Positions 1-7,956 of a stretch of 24,434 nt of DNA are shown piece by piece. Source of the stretch: an uncultured Solirubrobacteraceae bacterium. GTDB taxonomy: Bacteria > Actinomycetota > Thermoleophilia > Solirubrobacterales > Solirubrobacteraceae. The notes under the pieces were generated by a model. The model saw only the letters and a program-made list of their open reading frames with translations, was not told where the DNA came from and searched no databases. Position numbers and translations under genes: made by a program. How positions within the stretch are numbered: the stretch's first letter is position 1; each line of letters opens with the position of its first letter. The stretch spans positions 1 through 24,434 of the forward strand of contig CAZPQW010000036.1 of NCBI GenBank assembly GCA_964588985.1. Direction: 5' to 3'.

Positions 1-36
1 GAGGAAGACGATCGCCGGGAGATAGCTGCGGAGCAC
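1..36 (-). CDS. 5' end of a gene running off the window (MLRSYLPAIVFL...), resembling the N-terminus of NADH-quinone oxidoreductase subunit A
   Basis: GTG at 36-34 gives 12 open codons to the window edge. TATAAC (50-45, minus strand) lies 8 nt upstream, a leaderless arrangement. The 'YLPxxxF' start recalls NuoA, but only 12 aa are visible. Confidence 0.3.
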   Translation of the reverse strand, partial: MLRSYLPAIVFL

Positions 37-103
37 CGCGCGCTGTTATATCACTGCTTGTGGCAGAGTGTTACATAGTGTCAATCGGCTCGATATCTGC
101 CGC

Positions 104-571
104 ATGAAAGAGGCGGTCGTGGCGGGCGCGTTGGCAGTCGCGTGCCTCAACGCTGTACCCGGCCTGCTAGGTGCATGGGTCTGGTACCGAGGTCCCTCCG
201 CGGGGCGTCCCGTGACGACGTTCTGGGTGCTGCTGCGCGTGGGGCAGGGCGCGGCGCTGACGCTCGCGATCGCCGTCGGCTCGCTGGCGGCGGCGGGCAA
301 GAACGCGAGCGAAGACCTCTTCTACCTCTACGCGCTGCTGCCGCTCGCGATCGCGTTCGTGGCCGAGCAGCTGCGGGTCGCATCTGCCCAGACGATCCTC
401 GACCAGCGCGGCCTGCCGGACGCCCAGGCGGTGGGCGCGCTGCCCGAGTCCGAGCAGCATCAGGTCGTCGCCGAGGTGGTGCGCCGCGAGATCGGCGTGA
501 TGGCCTGCTCGGCCCTCGTGGTGGTCTTCCTCGCGCTGCGCGCCGCGGGCACAGCCCACGGGTTCTCATAA
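104..571 (+). CDS. hypothetical integral membrane protein (155 aa, about 4 hydrophobic segments)
   Basis: ATG 104 within ORF 68..571. GC-rich third codon positions and several hydrophobic stretches. Confidence 0.75.
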   Translation: MKEAVVAGALAVACLNAVPGLLGAWVWYRGPSAGRPVTTFWVLLRVGQGAALTLAIAVGSLAAAGKNASEDLFYLYALLPLAIAFVAEQLRVASAQTILDQRGLPDAQAVGALPESEQHQVVAEVVRREIGVMACSALVVVFLALRAAGTAHGFS

Positions 572-634
572 CGATGACTCGGCCGGCGCTCCGTGCCGTC
601 CGGAGAACGATGACTCGGCCGGCGCTCCGTGCCG
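570..634. repeat. exact 29-nt direct repeat, two copies, 36-nt period
   Basis: AACGATGACTCGGCCGGCGCTCCGTGCCG at 570-598 and 606-634. The second copy completes the hairpin GGCCGGC(617-623)/GCCGGCC(631-637). Confidence 0.9.
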
Positions 635-660
635 GCCTCGGCCCTATATATTCCCCGCGC

Positions 661-1068
661 ATGAAGCTTGCCGTCACGACGATGCTCCTGCTCGCCTGCA
701 CAGCTGTTCTGGGCGCGTGCGGATCGCAGGAAATCAAGCTCGCGAAGAGCGACCCCGGCTACCGCGGCGCGGTGCTGTTCCGCGATCACTGCTCCGGATG
801 CCACACGCTCGGGGTGGTCGGTGCGCAGGGCTCGGCCACGAGCATCTCGAACCGGCTGAAAACGAGCGGGCCGAACTTCAACATCCGCAAGGAGAACGTC
901 GAACAGGTTCTCTACGCGATCCGCAACGGTGGTTTCTCGGGGGCGATCATGCCCGAGAACATCGTGGTCGGCGAAGACGCGAAAGCGATCGCGGAATTCC
1001 TCGCGCAGTACTCGGGATCCCAGGCGCAGAAGGTCCCGTCCGTGAACATCACGCTCTCAGCTAAATAG
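661..1068 (+). CDS. monoheme c-type cytochrome lipoprotein (135 aa)
   Basis: Signal peptide with lipobox LGAC, heme motif CSGCH, distal Met candidate in GAIMP. TATATT at 647-652 is 8 nt before ATG 661. Confidence 0.85.
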   Translation: MKLAVTTMLLLACTAVLGACGSQEIKLAKSDPGYRGAVLFRDHCSGCHTLGVVGAQGSATSISNRLKTSGPNFNIRKENVEQVLYAIRNGGFSGAIMPENIVVGEDAKAIAEFLAQYSGSQAQKVPSVNITLSAK

Positions 1069-1073
1069 GGGGC

Positions 1074-1138
1074 GCAGGTCGTGAAGTCGTCCCGACCGGG
1101 ACGCTTCGCGTGGCGGTCGTGCCGCCTTCACGACCTGC
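1074..1138. other. branched stem-loop element (terminator, palindromic repeat or small structured RNA)
   Basis: Perfect 13-bp stem GCAGGTCGTGAAG(1074-1086)/CTTCACGACCTGC(1126-1138) enclosing hairpins CGTCCC/GGGACG (1088-1103) and GCGG/CCGC (1113-1125). Confidence 0.7.
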
Positions 1139-1192
1139 TGAGCCGAGAGCCCGGGTTGGCGGTGACCTTGGGCGCGGGGCCAGGGAGATGGA

Positions 1193-1198
1193 TAGGCT
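1193..1198 (+). promoter_or_regulatory. putative -10 element of a leaderless serS promoter
   Basis: TAGGCT 6 nt upstream of GTG 1205, with no convincing Shine-Dalgarno sequence at normal spacing. Confidence 0.6.
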
Positions 1199-1204
1199 CC
1201 CAGC

Positions 1205-2449
1205 GTGCTCGATCTGAAGCTGATCCGGGAAGACCCCGACGGCGTGTGCGCGGCGCTTGCGCGGCGCGGCGACGGGGCGAGCGACGGCCTGGCCGGTGTG
1301 ATCGAGCTGGATGGGCGCCGGCGCGCGCTGCTGCCGCAGTTGGAGGGGTTGCGTGCGGAGCAGAACGCGGCCAATGCGCGCATCAAGTCGGCCACCGACG
1401 CGGACAAGCGCCAGCGCGAGATCGAGGCTATGCGTGCGGTGGCGGCTCGGGCGAAGGAGCTCGAGCAGGAGCTGGGTGGCGTCGAGGAGGATCTGCAGAC
1501 GGCGCTCGCGCCGCTGCCCAACCTTCCCGACCCGACGGCCGCCCCGGGCCCGGAGGACCAGCTCGTGCGCGAGGTGGGCGAGCCGCCACAGCTCGACTTC
1601 GAGCCCCGCGACCACCTCGAGCTGGCGGGCGCGGGCATCGACATGGACCGTGGCGCAAACCTGTCGGGGGCTCGCTTCGCCTACCTGAAAGGCGACCTCG
1701 TGATGCTCGAGCTGGCGCTCGTGCGCTGGGTGTTGGAGAAGCTGCGCGGCCACGGCTTCGAGCCGGTGATACCGCCGGTGCTGGTGCGCGAGCGCGCGCT
1801 CTACGGAACGGGCTTCCTGCCCGACACCGAGCAGCAGATCTACAGCCTGCCCGAGGACGAGCTGTTCCTCGTGGGCACCTCCGAGGTGGCGCTGGCGTCG
1901 CTGCACGACAGCGAGATCGTCGAAGCCGAGCGGCTGCCGCTGCGCTACGCCGGCTTCTCTCCGTGCTTCCGCCGCGAGGCGGGCGCCGCGGGCAGGGACA
2001 CTCGCGGCATCTTCAGGGTGCACCAGTTCGACAAGGTGGAGATGTTCAGCTTCGTCGCGCCGGAGGACTCGGGCGCGGAGCACGAGCGCATCCTCGGGAT
2101 CGAGGAGGAGATCCTCGGCGAGCTGGGGCTGCCCTATCGGGTGGTGAACATCGCGGTGAACGACCTCGGCAACTCGGCGGCGAAGAAGTACGACTGCGAG
2201 GCGTGGATGCCGAGCCAGGGTCGCTATCGCGAGCTGACGTCGTGCTCGAACACCACCGACTACCAGGCGCGACGCCTGAACATCCGCATGCGCGCGGACA
2301 AACGCACGCAGATCCTCCACACGCTCAACGGCACCGCCGTGGCGGTCGGTCGCACGATCGTCGCGCTGCTCGAGAACGGTCAGCGAGCTGACGGCAGCGT
2401 TGAGCTACCGCAGTGTCTGGTCGCTTACGGCGCACCCGCAACGCTCTAG
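1205..2449 (+). CDS. serS: serine--tRNA ligase
   Basis: MLDLKLIRE start, N-terminal coiled coil, GTSE loop, motif 2 FRREAG...RGIFRVHQFDKVE, ELTSCSNTTDYQARRL, motif 3 TLNGTAVAVGR. Confidence 0.97.
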   Translation: MLDLKLIREDPDGVCAALARRGDGASDGLAGVIELDGRRRALLPQLEGLRAEQNAANARIKSATDADKRQREIEAMRAVAARAKELEQELGGVEEDLQTALAPLPNLPDPTAAPGPEDQLVREVGEPPQLDFEPRDHLELAGAGIDMDRGANLSGARFAYLKGDLVMLELALVRWVLEKLRGHGFEPVIPPVLVRERALYGTGFLPDTEQQIYSLPEDELFLVGTSEVALASLHDSEIVEAERLPLRYAGFSPCFRREAGAAGRDTRGIFRVHQFDKVEMFSFVAPEDSGAEHERILGIEEEILGELGLPYRVVNIAVNDLGNSAAKKYDCEAWMPSQGRYRELTSCSNTTDYQARRLNIRMRADKRTQILHTLNGTAVAVGRTIVALLENGQRADGSVELPQCLVAYGAPATL

Positions 2450-2537
2450 GAGAGCGCTCCGCCGCCCAGGCTGACTAGACATTAAGAAGATAGGCTCCTC
2501 GATCGCTATCAAGTGGTCATGTGGGAGTTGATAAGGG

Positions 2538-3494
2538 GTGGAGAGGACGGAGCGAACGAGGATCCTGGAGGCGATGGCCGAGGCCATGGCCGAGCGTTCT
2601 GTGACCGGAGGCGTGGTGACGATGGTCGACGTGGCCTCGCGGGCGGGCTTGTCGAGCGCGGTCTGTACGGCGAGCTTCGCCGACCGGGAATCCTGCCTGC
2701 TGGCCGCATTCGAGGAGGGGTTGGAGCGCGCGAGCGCGCGAGTCGTGCCGGCCTTCGAAGCGGAGGGGCGGTGGCTCGACGCGATCAAGGCGGGTCTCGC
2801 GGCGTTCCTGCGCTTTCTCGAACAAGAGCCCGTGTTCGGGGGTCTGCTGGTGTTCCACTCGCTGGGCGGCGGACCGAAGGTGCTGCGCCGGCGCATGGAG
2901 GTCCTGGGCGTGCTGGCCGCGGTGGTGGACCGTGGGCGCGAGGAGGTCCCGCTGGGTAAGCAGCGACCGCCGATCGTGATCGCCGAGGGGGTGGTCGGCG
3001 CGGTGCTGGCGATCGTCCAGAACCGCATACTCGCCTCCGAGCAGCCGAGCGCCGAGCAGGCAGATGACGAACGGGAGCGTCCGATCGGGCTGTTCGGATC
3101 GCTCGCGAGCATGATCGTGCTGCCGTATCTGGGTGCGACGGTCGCACGCCGCGAGCTGACTCGACCCGCGCCACGGTCTCGCGTGGTCCCGGGAGGGTCG
3201 CGGGGTGAGGGGATGAGCGCCGAGCTGGACACCTCCGTGCGGCTCACCTACCGCACCGCGCGCGTGCTGCGCGCGATCGCGGACTACCCCGGCGCGAGCA
3301 ATCGCGAGGTCGCCGAGCGCGCCGGCATCGTCGACCAGGGCCAGGTCTACAAGCTGCTCAGCCGTCTGGAGGCGCGTGAGCTGATCGTCAAGATGGGCGA
3401 GGGAAGAACACGCGGCGCGCCGAACTCGTGGCGTCTCAGCGAGCAGGGAGAGCTCGTCCTGAAGGCGGCGGCGACTAACCGATCAGGAATGTGA
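2538..3494 (+). CDS. transcriptional regulator: TetR-like N-terminal domain plus C-terminal winged helix-turn-helix
   Basis: RILEAMAE...DVASRAGLS...FADRESCL (TetR-like) and RVLRAIADYPGASNREVAERAGI...KLLSRLE...WRLSEQG (MarR-like wHTH). Start codon uncertain. Confidence 0.75.
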   Translation: MERTERTRILEAMAEAMAERSVTGGVVTMVDVASRAGLSSAVCTASFADRESCLLAAFEEGLERASARVVPAFEAEGRWLDAIKAGLAAFLRFLEQEPVFGGLLVFHSLGGGPKVLRRRMEVLGVLAAVVDRGREEVPLGKQRPPIVIAEGVVGAVLAIVQNRILASEQPSAEQADDERERPIGLFGSLASMIVLPYLGATVARRELTRPAPRSRVVPGGSRGEGMSAELDTSVRLTYRTARVLRAIADYPGASNREVAERAGIVDQGQVYKLLSRLEARELIVKMGEGRTRGAPNSWRLSEQGELVLKAAATNRSGM

Positions 3495-5463
3495 GCGACT
3501 TCGACGCCGCGTTCGCCGGGGTGAGCGTGATGCGGTAGCGGCCGGGACTGAGTCTGCCGTGTCCCACCAGGCGCCAGGTGTTGCGTCCGAGGACCGTGGA
3601 GGCGCTGGTGGAGCGGCCGAACGTCTTCCAGCGCGAGCGATGGCGGACGTGGACGCGCTTGGCGAGCGTCAGGCGCACGGTCGTGGTGACGTTGATCATG
3701 AACGTGAAACCGATCTGGGAGATCTTCGGGTGGCTGTTGTTTAGTGCGACGATTGCGTTCACCGTCAGGGCGAGAGCGGAGAGCTGCGCCGGCGCGGGGG
3801 TGACGGGAACCACCGGGGTGGGAGCGGTCGAGCCGGCCGGTGGTGGCGCGCTGCCTTTCGTGGGGGTTTTTTCGCCGCCCGAGCCGCCACCAGATCCTCC
3901 TTTGGGGGATTCCGTTTCTTCCACTTCGGGTTCGCCGGTCGGTTCGAAGGCGTTGATGCCGTTTGGGGTGCCCAGGCCGCTCGGTCCGTCATAGCCGACA
4001 CCGGCGAGGCAGATCGCCTCTTTCGCGCATTTGCTGGTTTCGGACTCTTCTTTCGGGGTGCAGCCCGAAAGCCACGCTTCGGTCGGTTCTTTCGCGCACG
4101 CCGCGTTCGACCCCGACGTGACGTCGTGGAACGAAGAGGGCGACGCGATCTCGTTTTCATACAGCGTCCTCGCGGGGTATTCGACTTCGCCCGCCCCGCC
4201 GGCGAGGGCGAACACCGATGCGATCAGCGGCGAGGCGAGGCTCGTGCCGCCGATCGTGCACCAGTTGGGGTCCTGCACGGAGCCTTCGCATTCGGCGCCC
4301 GGCGTGGAGTCGTGAACCGCGATGCCTGTATATGGGTCCGCGTCGGCGCTTACGTCGGCGACCGCGCGGAATGAGCCGCACCCGACCGCGAGCCAGGTCG
4401 AGACGCTTCGCTGCCAGGACGGCGAGGAGAAGACTTCGCTGCAGCCGCCGCCGCCCGCGCCGTTGCCGTTCCACACCGACTCCGCCTGCCATTCGCCGGC
4501 GGCTTTGCCGACTTCGAGGCGGGTCCCGCCGACCGCTACGACATGCGGCGAGGACGCGGGGAAGTTGGCGTAGCCGATTTCTTCGCCGTTTTCGGAGTCC
4601 CAGTTGAGGTAGCCGTCGTCGCCGGAGGACGCCGTGATCACGATGCCCGGGTGGTTGAACGGGCTGGTGCTCTCAGCGCCCACCGTCTCGCCGGCCTCGG
4701 GGCCGCCCCACGAGTTGGAGATCTCGGTGGCGCCCAACGTGGCGGCCTGGCTCTCGGCCGTTTCGAGGTTCAGGTAGCTGGGGGTGCCGGCCTCGACGAG
4801 CACGATGTTGCACGTCTCGCAGATCGCGTGCGCGGTCTCGATGTCGAGCGATATCTCGACGCCCCAGCCGGCGGCTTCCGCCGCTTCTTCTTTCTTTTTC
4901 TGCGTGCCGGCCTGTGCCGCTTCCAGTTCGACCACCGTCTTGGGGAACGGCAGTTCGCTGACTTTGGCGCTCCCGTTCTGGTTGACCTGCTTGAAACAGC
5001 CGCTCGCTTTCGTGCAACAGCCGCTCGCTTTCGTGCATTCGGGCAAGCCGAATTCTTTGCTGTAGGCGTTGAGGTCCGCTTCGGCGGTGGGGTCGTTGTA
5101 GGCGTCCACCAGCGCGATCGTCTGCGTGGCGGTGGGGGAGGTTGGCAGCTGGTATGCGGTGTGCAGGGCCTGCGGCGTCAGGCCGAATGCGCCTTCGGCT
5201 GCCTGGCCCGCCCGAGGAGCCGTGCGAGCCATGCCGATCGGGCGGTTGTGGGCGCGGGCCGCGGCTGTGGCCGGCTGCAGCTCCAGCGAGAGGCATCCGG
5301 CGAAGCCGGGGCTCGGCGCCGCGCACAGGGCTTTGACGGTGTAGTTCGAGCGAGGGAGCGGTGAGACGGTCCCCGTCGCCGCGGCCGTGGCGCATGCGAA
5401 CGCGAGCCCGGCCGCGAGCGCGGCAGAGCTGAGGGCGGCGATGTTGCGGATACGTTCGGTCAT
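3475..5463 (-). CDS. secreted S53 (sedolisin-like) serine peptidase with Gly/Pro linker and C-terminal beta-rich domain (662 aa)
   Basis: ATG 5463 preceded by GGAGA. Signal peptide, EISLD (ExxxD), SNSWG, ASSGDDG, PASSP, GGT, GGTSLASP catalytic Ser, FHDVTSGSN, GYDGPSGLGTP. Confidence 0.88.
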   Translation of the reverse strand: MTERIRNIAALSSAALAAGLAFACATAAATGTVSPLPRSNYTVKALCAAPSPGFAGCLSLELQPATAAARAHNRPIGMARTAPRAGQAAEGAFGLTPQALHTAYQLPTSPTATQTIALVDAYNDPTAEADLNAYSKEFGLPECTKASGCCTKASGCFKQVNQNGSAKVSELPFPKTVVELEAAQAGTQKKKEEAAEAAGWGVEISLDIETAHAICETCNIVLVEAGTPSYLNLETAESQAATLGATEISNSWGGPEAGETVGAESTSPFNHPGIVITASSGDDGYLNWDSENGEEIGYANFPASSPHVVAVGGTRLEVGKAAGEWQAESVWNGNGAGGGGCSEVFSSPSWQRSVSTWLAVGCGSFRAVADVSADADPYTGIAVHDSTPGAECEGSVQDPNWCTIGGTSLASPLIASVFALAGGAGEVEYPARTLYENEIASPSSFHDVTSGSNAACAKEPTEAWLSGCTPKEESETSKCAKEAICLAGVGYDGPSGLGTPNGINAFEPTGEPEVEETESPKGGSGGGSGGEKTPTKGSAPPPAGSTAPTPVVPVTPAPAQLSALALTVNAIVALNNSHPKISQIGFTFMINVTTTVRLTLAKRVHVRHRSRWKTFGRSTSASTVLGRNTWRLVGHGRLSPGRYRITLTPANAASKSLTFLIG
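4995..5036. repeat. perfect in-frame 21-nt tandem duplication inside the peptidase gene
   Basis: AACAGCCGCTCGCTTTCGTGC at 4995-5015 and 5016-5036, giving CTKASGC-CTKASGC. Confidence 0.92.
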
Positions 5464-5550
5464 GTCGGCGGGCGGTTCTCCGTCTGTCGTCGGCTCACGA
5501 GGTGCGGGACTTGAGGGTGGCAGTGCGCTCTCCCTACGTACGGCCATCTC

Positions 5551-5588
5551 GTCACGAGATCGTCACACGGTGGTCACCCGCACGTCAC
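5551..5588. promoter_or_regulatory. four GTCAC pentamers at an exact 11-bp period; putative OmpR/PhoB-family regulator site
   Basis: GTCAC starts at 5551, 5562, 5573 and 5584, in the divergent intergenic region between the peptidase and the kinase. Confidence 0.65.
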
Positions 5589-5646
5589 GGTTGACGATGG
5601 GCCGACGTGGATCATGCGCAAGGGGACGGTGGGAATCAGACAGGGA

Positions 5647-5744
5647 GGTGGAGCCCGGACGAGACGCCGGGCTCCACCGCGCAGAGCGCACCGGACCGCG
5701 CAGGGCGCACCGGGCGGGATCGGGATCGGACTCCCGTCCCGCCC
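5647..5744. repeat. hairpin / 19-nt tandem repeat / hairpin cluster
   Basis: GGTGGAGCCCGG(5647-5658)/CCGGGCTCCACC(5667-5678). ACCGCGCAG(A/G)GCGCACCGG twice (5676-5694, 5695-5713). GGGCGGGAtCGGGA(5712-5725)/TCCCGTCCCGCCC(5732-5744). Confidence 0.75.
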
Positions 5745-5766
5745 GCCTGACGTGGAATCAACCATC

Positions 5767-5772
5767 TAGGCT
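5767..5772 (+). promoter_or_regulatory. putative -10 element for the kinase-kdpE transcript
   Basis: TAGGCT 8 nt upstream of ATG 5781, the same hexamer as before serS. Confidence 0.55.
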
Positions 5773-5780
5773 CACGGGGA

Positions 5781-7163
5781 ATGTTTGGCCTCCTGCTCGC
5801 GCCGACGCCGCCCCCCCGAAGGGTGGGCGCGCTCGTCGCGCTTGTGCTCGTGGCGCTGGGCACGCTGATCGTGTACCCGCTCGCGCATGTAGCGCCGGTC
5901 GTGTCGCTGGGCGTCGTCTACCTGCCGGCCGTGCTCGTGGTGTCGATCACGTGGGGCGGGTGGCTGGGCGGCGCGACGGCGGTGCTCAGTGCGATGGCGT
6001 TCAACTTCTTCCACCTGCCTCCGGTCGGGCGGTTCACGATCCAGGACTCCAGCAACTGGGTCGCGCTGGCCGCGTTCCTGGTGGTGGCGGGCATCGCGAG
6101 CTCGCTCGCGGAGGTCACGCGGGCACGTACCCGCGACGCGGAGGAGCGCCGGCAGGAGGCTGACCTGGCGGCTGAGATGGCGAGGCTCCTGCTGCGCGGC
6201 AACAGCCTGTCGGAGGCGTTGCCGACGGCGGCGGCGCGGCTGGCGCAGACGCTGGCCCTCAACTCTGCCGCGATCGGCACCGAGGCGGTCGAAGGCGACG
6301 AGCGCACGATCGCGTTCCCGCTGCGCGAGGGAACCAGTCGCCTGGGGACACTGCTGGTGGGGGCCGATGCGTCGGAGGCGAGCCTGCGCAGGCTGCAGGA
6401 GCGTGTCGTCCCGGCGCTCGAGGCGCTGCTGAGCGCGGCGCTCGAGCGCGAGGGGCTCCTGGGGGGCGTGGTCGAGACGGCGGCGCTGCGCCGCGCCGAC
6501 ACGGTCAAGACGGCGCTGCTGCGCGCGGTCTCACACGACCTCCGCTCCCCGCTGACAGCGATCTCGGCCGCCGGCGAGGCGGTGGCCTCTCCATCGCTCT
6601 CGCCGCAGGAGCGCGAGGAGATGGCGAGCGTGATCCAGGAGGAGGCGCGACGGCTCTCGAGGCTGGTCGACAACCTGCTCGACCTCTCGCGCCTGGAAGC
6701 CGGCGCGGCCGAGCCGCATCGCAGCCCCACGTCGGTGGAGGAGCTGATCCACGCGTCGCTCGGGGAGCTCGCCGCCCGGCCGGAGGAGTTCTCGCTGTCG
6801 CTCGACCGCGACATGCCGCCCGTCAGCGTGGACCCGGCTCAGATGGAGCGCGCCTTCGTGAACGTGCTCGAGAACGCGCGCCGCCACTCCGGCGGGCACC
6901 CGGTATCGGTGCGGGCTCGCGCGGTGCGCGGCCGTGTGATCGTGCGTGTCGTCGATCGCGGCCCAGGGATCCCCCCGGCGCAGCTCGAGCGGGTGTTCGA
7001 GCCCTTCTACCGCGCCGGCACGCCCGGCGGCGAACACCGCGGGTCAGGGCTCGGCCTGGCGATCGCACGCGGCTTCGCCGAGGCGAACGACGGCTCGCTG
7101 TACGTGGAGTCGCTGCCGGGGCAGGGCGCGACGTTCGTGTTCGAGTTTCCGCTCGCGTCATGA
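5781..7163 (+). CDS. kdpD: KdpD-type sensor histidine kinase, membrane (DUF4118-like) and transmitter part only, lacking the KdpD N-terminal/Usp region
   Basis: Four TM segments with FNFF.PP...FTI, H-box SHDLRSPL, NVLENA, DRGPGI, FEPFYR, GSGLGLAI. ATGA overlap with kdpE. Only 460 aa. Confidence 0.85.
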   Translation: MFGLLLAPTPPPRRVGALVALVLVALGTLIVYPLAHVAPVVSLGVVYLPAVLVVSITWGGWLGGATAVLSAMAFNFFHLPPVGRFTIQDSSNWVALAAFLVVAGIASSLAEVTRARTRDAEERRQEADLAAEMARLLLRGNSLSEALPTAAARLAQTLALNSAAIGTEAVEGDERTIAFPLREGTSRLGTLLVGADASEASLRRLQERVVPALEALLSAALEREGLLGGVVETAALRRADTVKTALLRAVSHDLRSPLTAISAAGEAVASPSLSPQEREEMASVIQEEARRLSRLVDNLLDLSRLEAGAAEPHRSPTSVEELIHASLGELAARPEEFSLSLDRDMPPVSVDPAQMERAFVNVLENARRHSGGHPVSVRARAVRGRVIVRVVDRGPGIPPAQLERVFEPFYRAGTPGGEHRGSGLGLAIARGFAEANDGSLYVESLPGQGATFVFEFPLAS

Positions 7164-7882
7164 GCGGCTCGCCCACAGAGCCGTCGGTCCAGCAGCCGCC
7201 GCGCGTGCTCGTGGTGGATGACGAGCCGCAGATCGTGCGCGCGCTCAAGGTGGTGCTGCGCGAGGCGGGCTTCCAGGCCGTCCCGGCCGAAACGGCCGCC
7301 GAGGCTCTGGACCTCGCCGCGGTGCGCCCGCCGCAGGCCGCGATCGTCGACCTGGTTCTGCCCGATCTCGACGGCGTGGAGCTAACACGCAGGCTGCGCG
7401 AATGGAGCGAGATGCCGATCCTCGTGCTCTCGGCCGTGGGCGACGAGGAGCAGAAGGTGAGAGCGCTCGAGGCTGGAGCCGACGACTACATCACCAAGCC
7501 GTTCGGCGCACGCGAGCTCGTTGCCAGGCTGCAGGCGGCTCTGCGCCGCGCGGCGCGCGCGGAGGAGGAGCCGAGGATCGAGCTCGAGGGCCTCGAGGTG
7601 GACCTCGCGGGGCGGGTGGTTCGTCGCGACGGCGAGCCCGTTCACCTCACGCCGATCGAGTTCGACCTCCTGCGGATACTGGTGCAGAACCGCGGACGGC
7701 TGATGACGCACCGCAAGCTGATCACCGAGGTGTGGGGGCCCGAGTACATCGACGACGCCCAGCCGCTTCGCACGCACATCGCGCGGCTGCGGGCGAAGAT
7801 CGAACCGGACGGCGTCGCTGGCATGGGTGGGAAGCGCTACATCGTCACCGACCCCGGCGTCGGCTACCGCTTCGCGGGTTGA
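7160..7882 (+). CDS. kdpE: KdpE-like OmpR-family response regulator
   Basis: VVDDEPQI, DLVLPDLDG, ALEAGADDYITKPF, HLTPIEF, VWG, LRAKIE, TDPGVGYRF. Adjacent to the kdp operon. Confidence 0.9.
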   Translation: MSGSPTEPSVQQPPRVLVVDDEPQIVRALKVVLREAGFQAVPAETAAEALDLAAVRPPQAAIVDLVLPDLDGVELTRRLREWSEMPILVLSAVGDEEQKVRALEAGADDYITKPFGARELVARLQAALRRAARAEEEPRIELEGLEVDLAGRVVRRDGEPVHLTPIEFDLLRILVQNRGRLMTHRKLITEVWGPEYIDDAQPLRTHIARLRAKIEPDGVAGMGGKRYIVTDPGVGYRFAG

Positions 7883-7883
7883 C

Positions 7884-7949
7884 CGTAACGAAATCGTTAT
7901 ACGCGTGACGGCAATCGTCATGCGAGTGTGACGCGCGAGCGTCAATAGT
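7884..7949 (+). promoter_or_regulatory. putative KdpE-regulated promoter of the kdp operon
   Basis: Repeated (C)GTnA units and three short palindromes (TAACGA/TCGTTA, TGACG/CGTCA, TGACGC/GCGTCA). AATAGT (7944-7949) is 7 nt before ATG 7957. The module recurs at 14428-14493. Confidence 0.65.
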
Positions 7950-7956
7950 GACTGCC

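Noticed and set aside
58-84. Rex/CRP-like site TTGTG...TTACA and AGTGT repeats
   Set aside because: Spacing and half-sites do not fit the consensus. Too weak.
570-634. CRISPR array
   Set aside because: Only two repeats with a 7-nt spacer, and no cas genes.
142-660. N-terminal extension of ORF 142-1068
   Set aside because: Arg/Gly/Pro-rich, overlaps the membrane-protein gene and runs through the repeat. The lipoprotein signal starts at ATG 661.
1069-1204. tRNA or T-box riboswitch upstream of serS
   Set aside because: No T-loop GTTCRA, anticodon arm or CCA end, and no T-box GGTGGNACC antiterminator. serS appears leaderless.
2489-2533. Short inverted repeats GATAG/CTATC and TATCAA/TTGATA upstream of the regulator
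   Set aside because: 5-6 bp arms with long spacers, which I cannot distinguish from chance.
5464-5547. Upstream ATG 5547 for the peptidase
   Set aside because: It adds a Pro-rich segment ahead of the signal peptide, and ATG 5463 has an RBS.
5590-5780. c-di-AMP (ydaO) riboswitch ahead of the K+ genes
   Set aside because: I could not find the conserved GGGGAACC / GGGTGAATC / CCCGTCAGCTAAC-type blocks on either strand. An Rfam scan would settle it.
5781-7163. kdpD pseudogene or frameshift
   Set aside because: No KdpD-N remnant upstream. The gene has its own -10 element, intact kinase boxes and coupling to kdpE.
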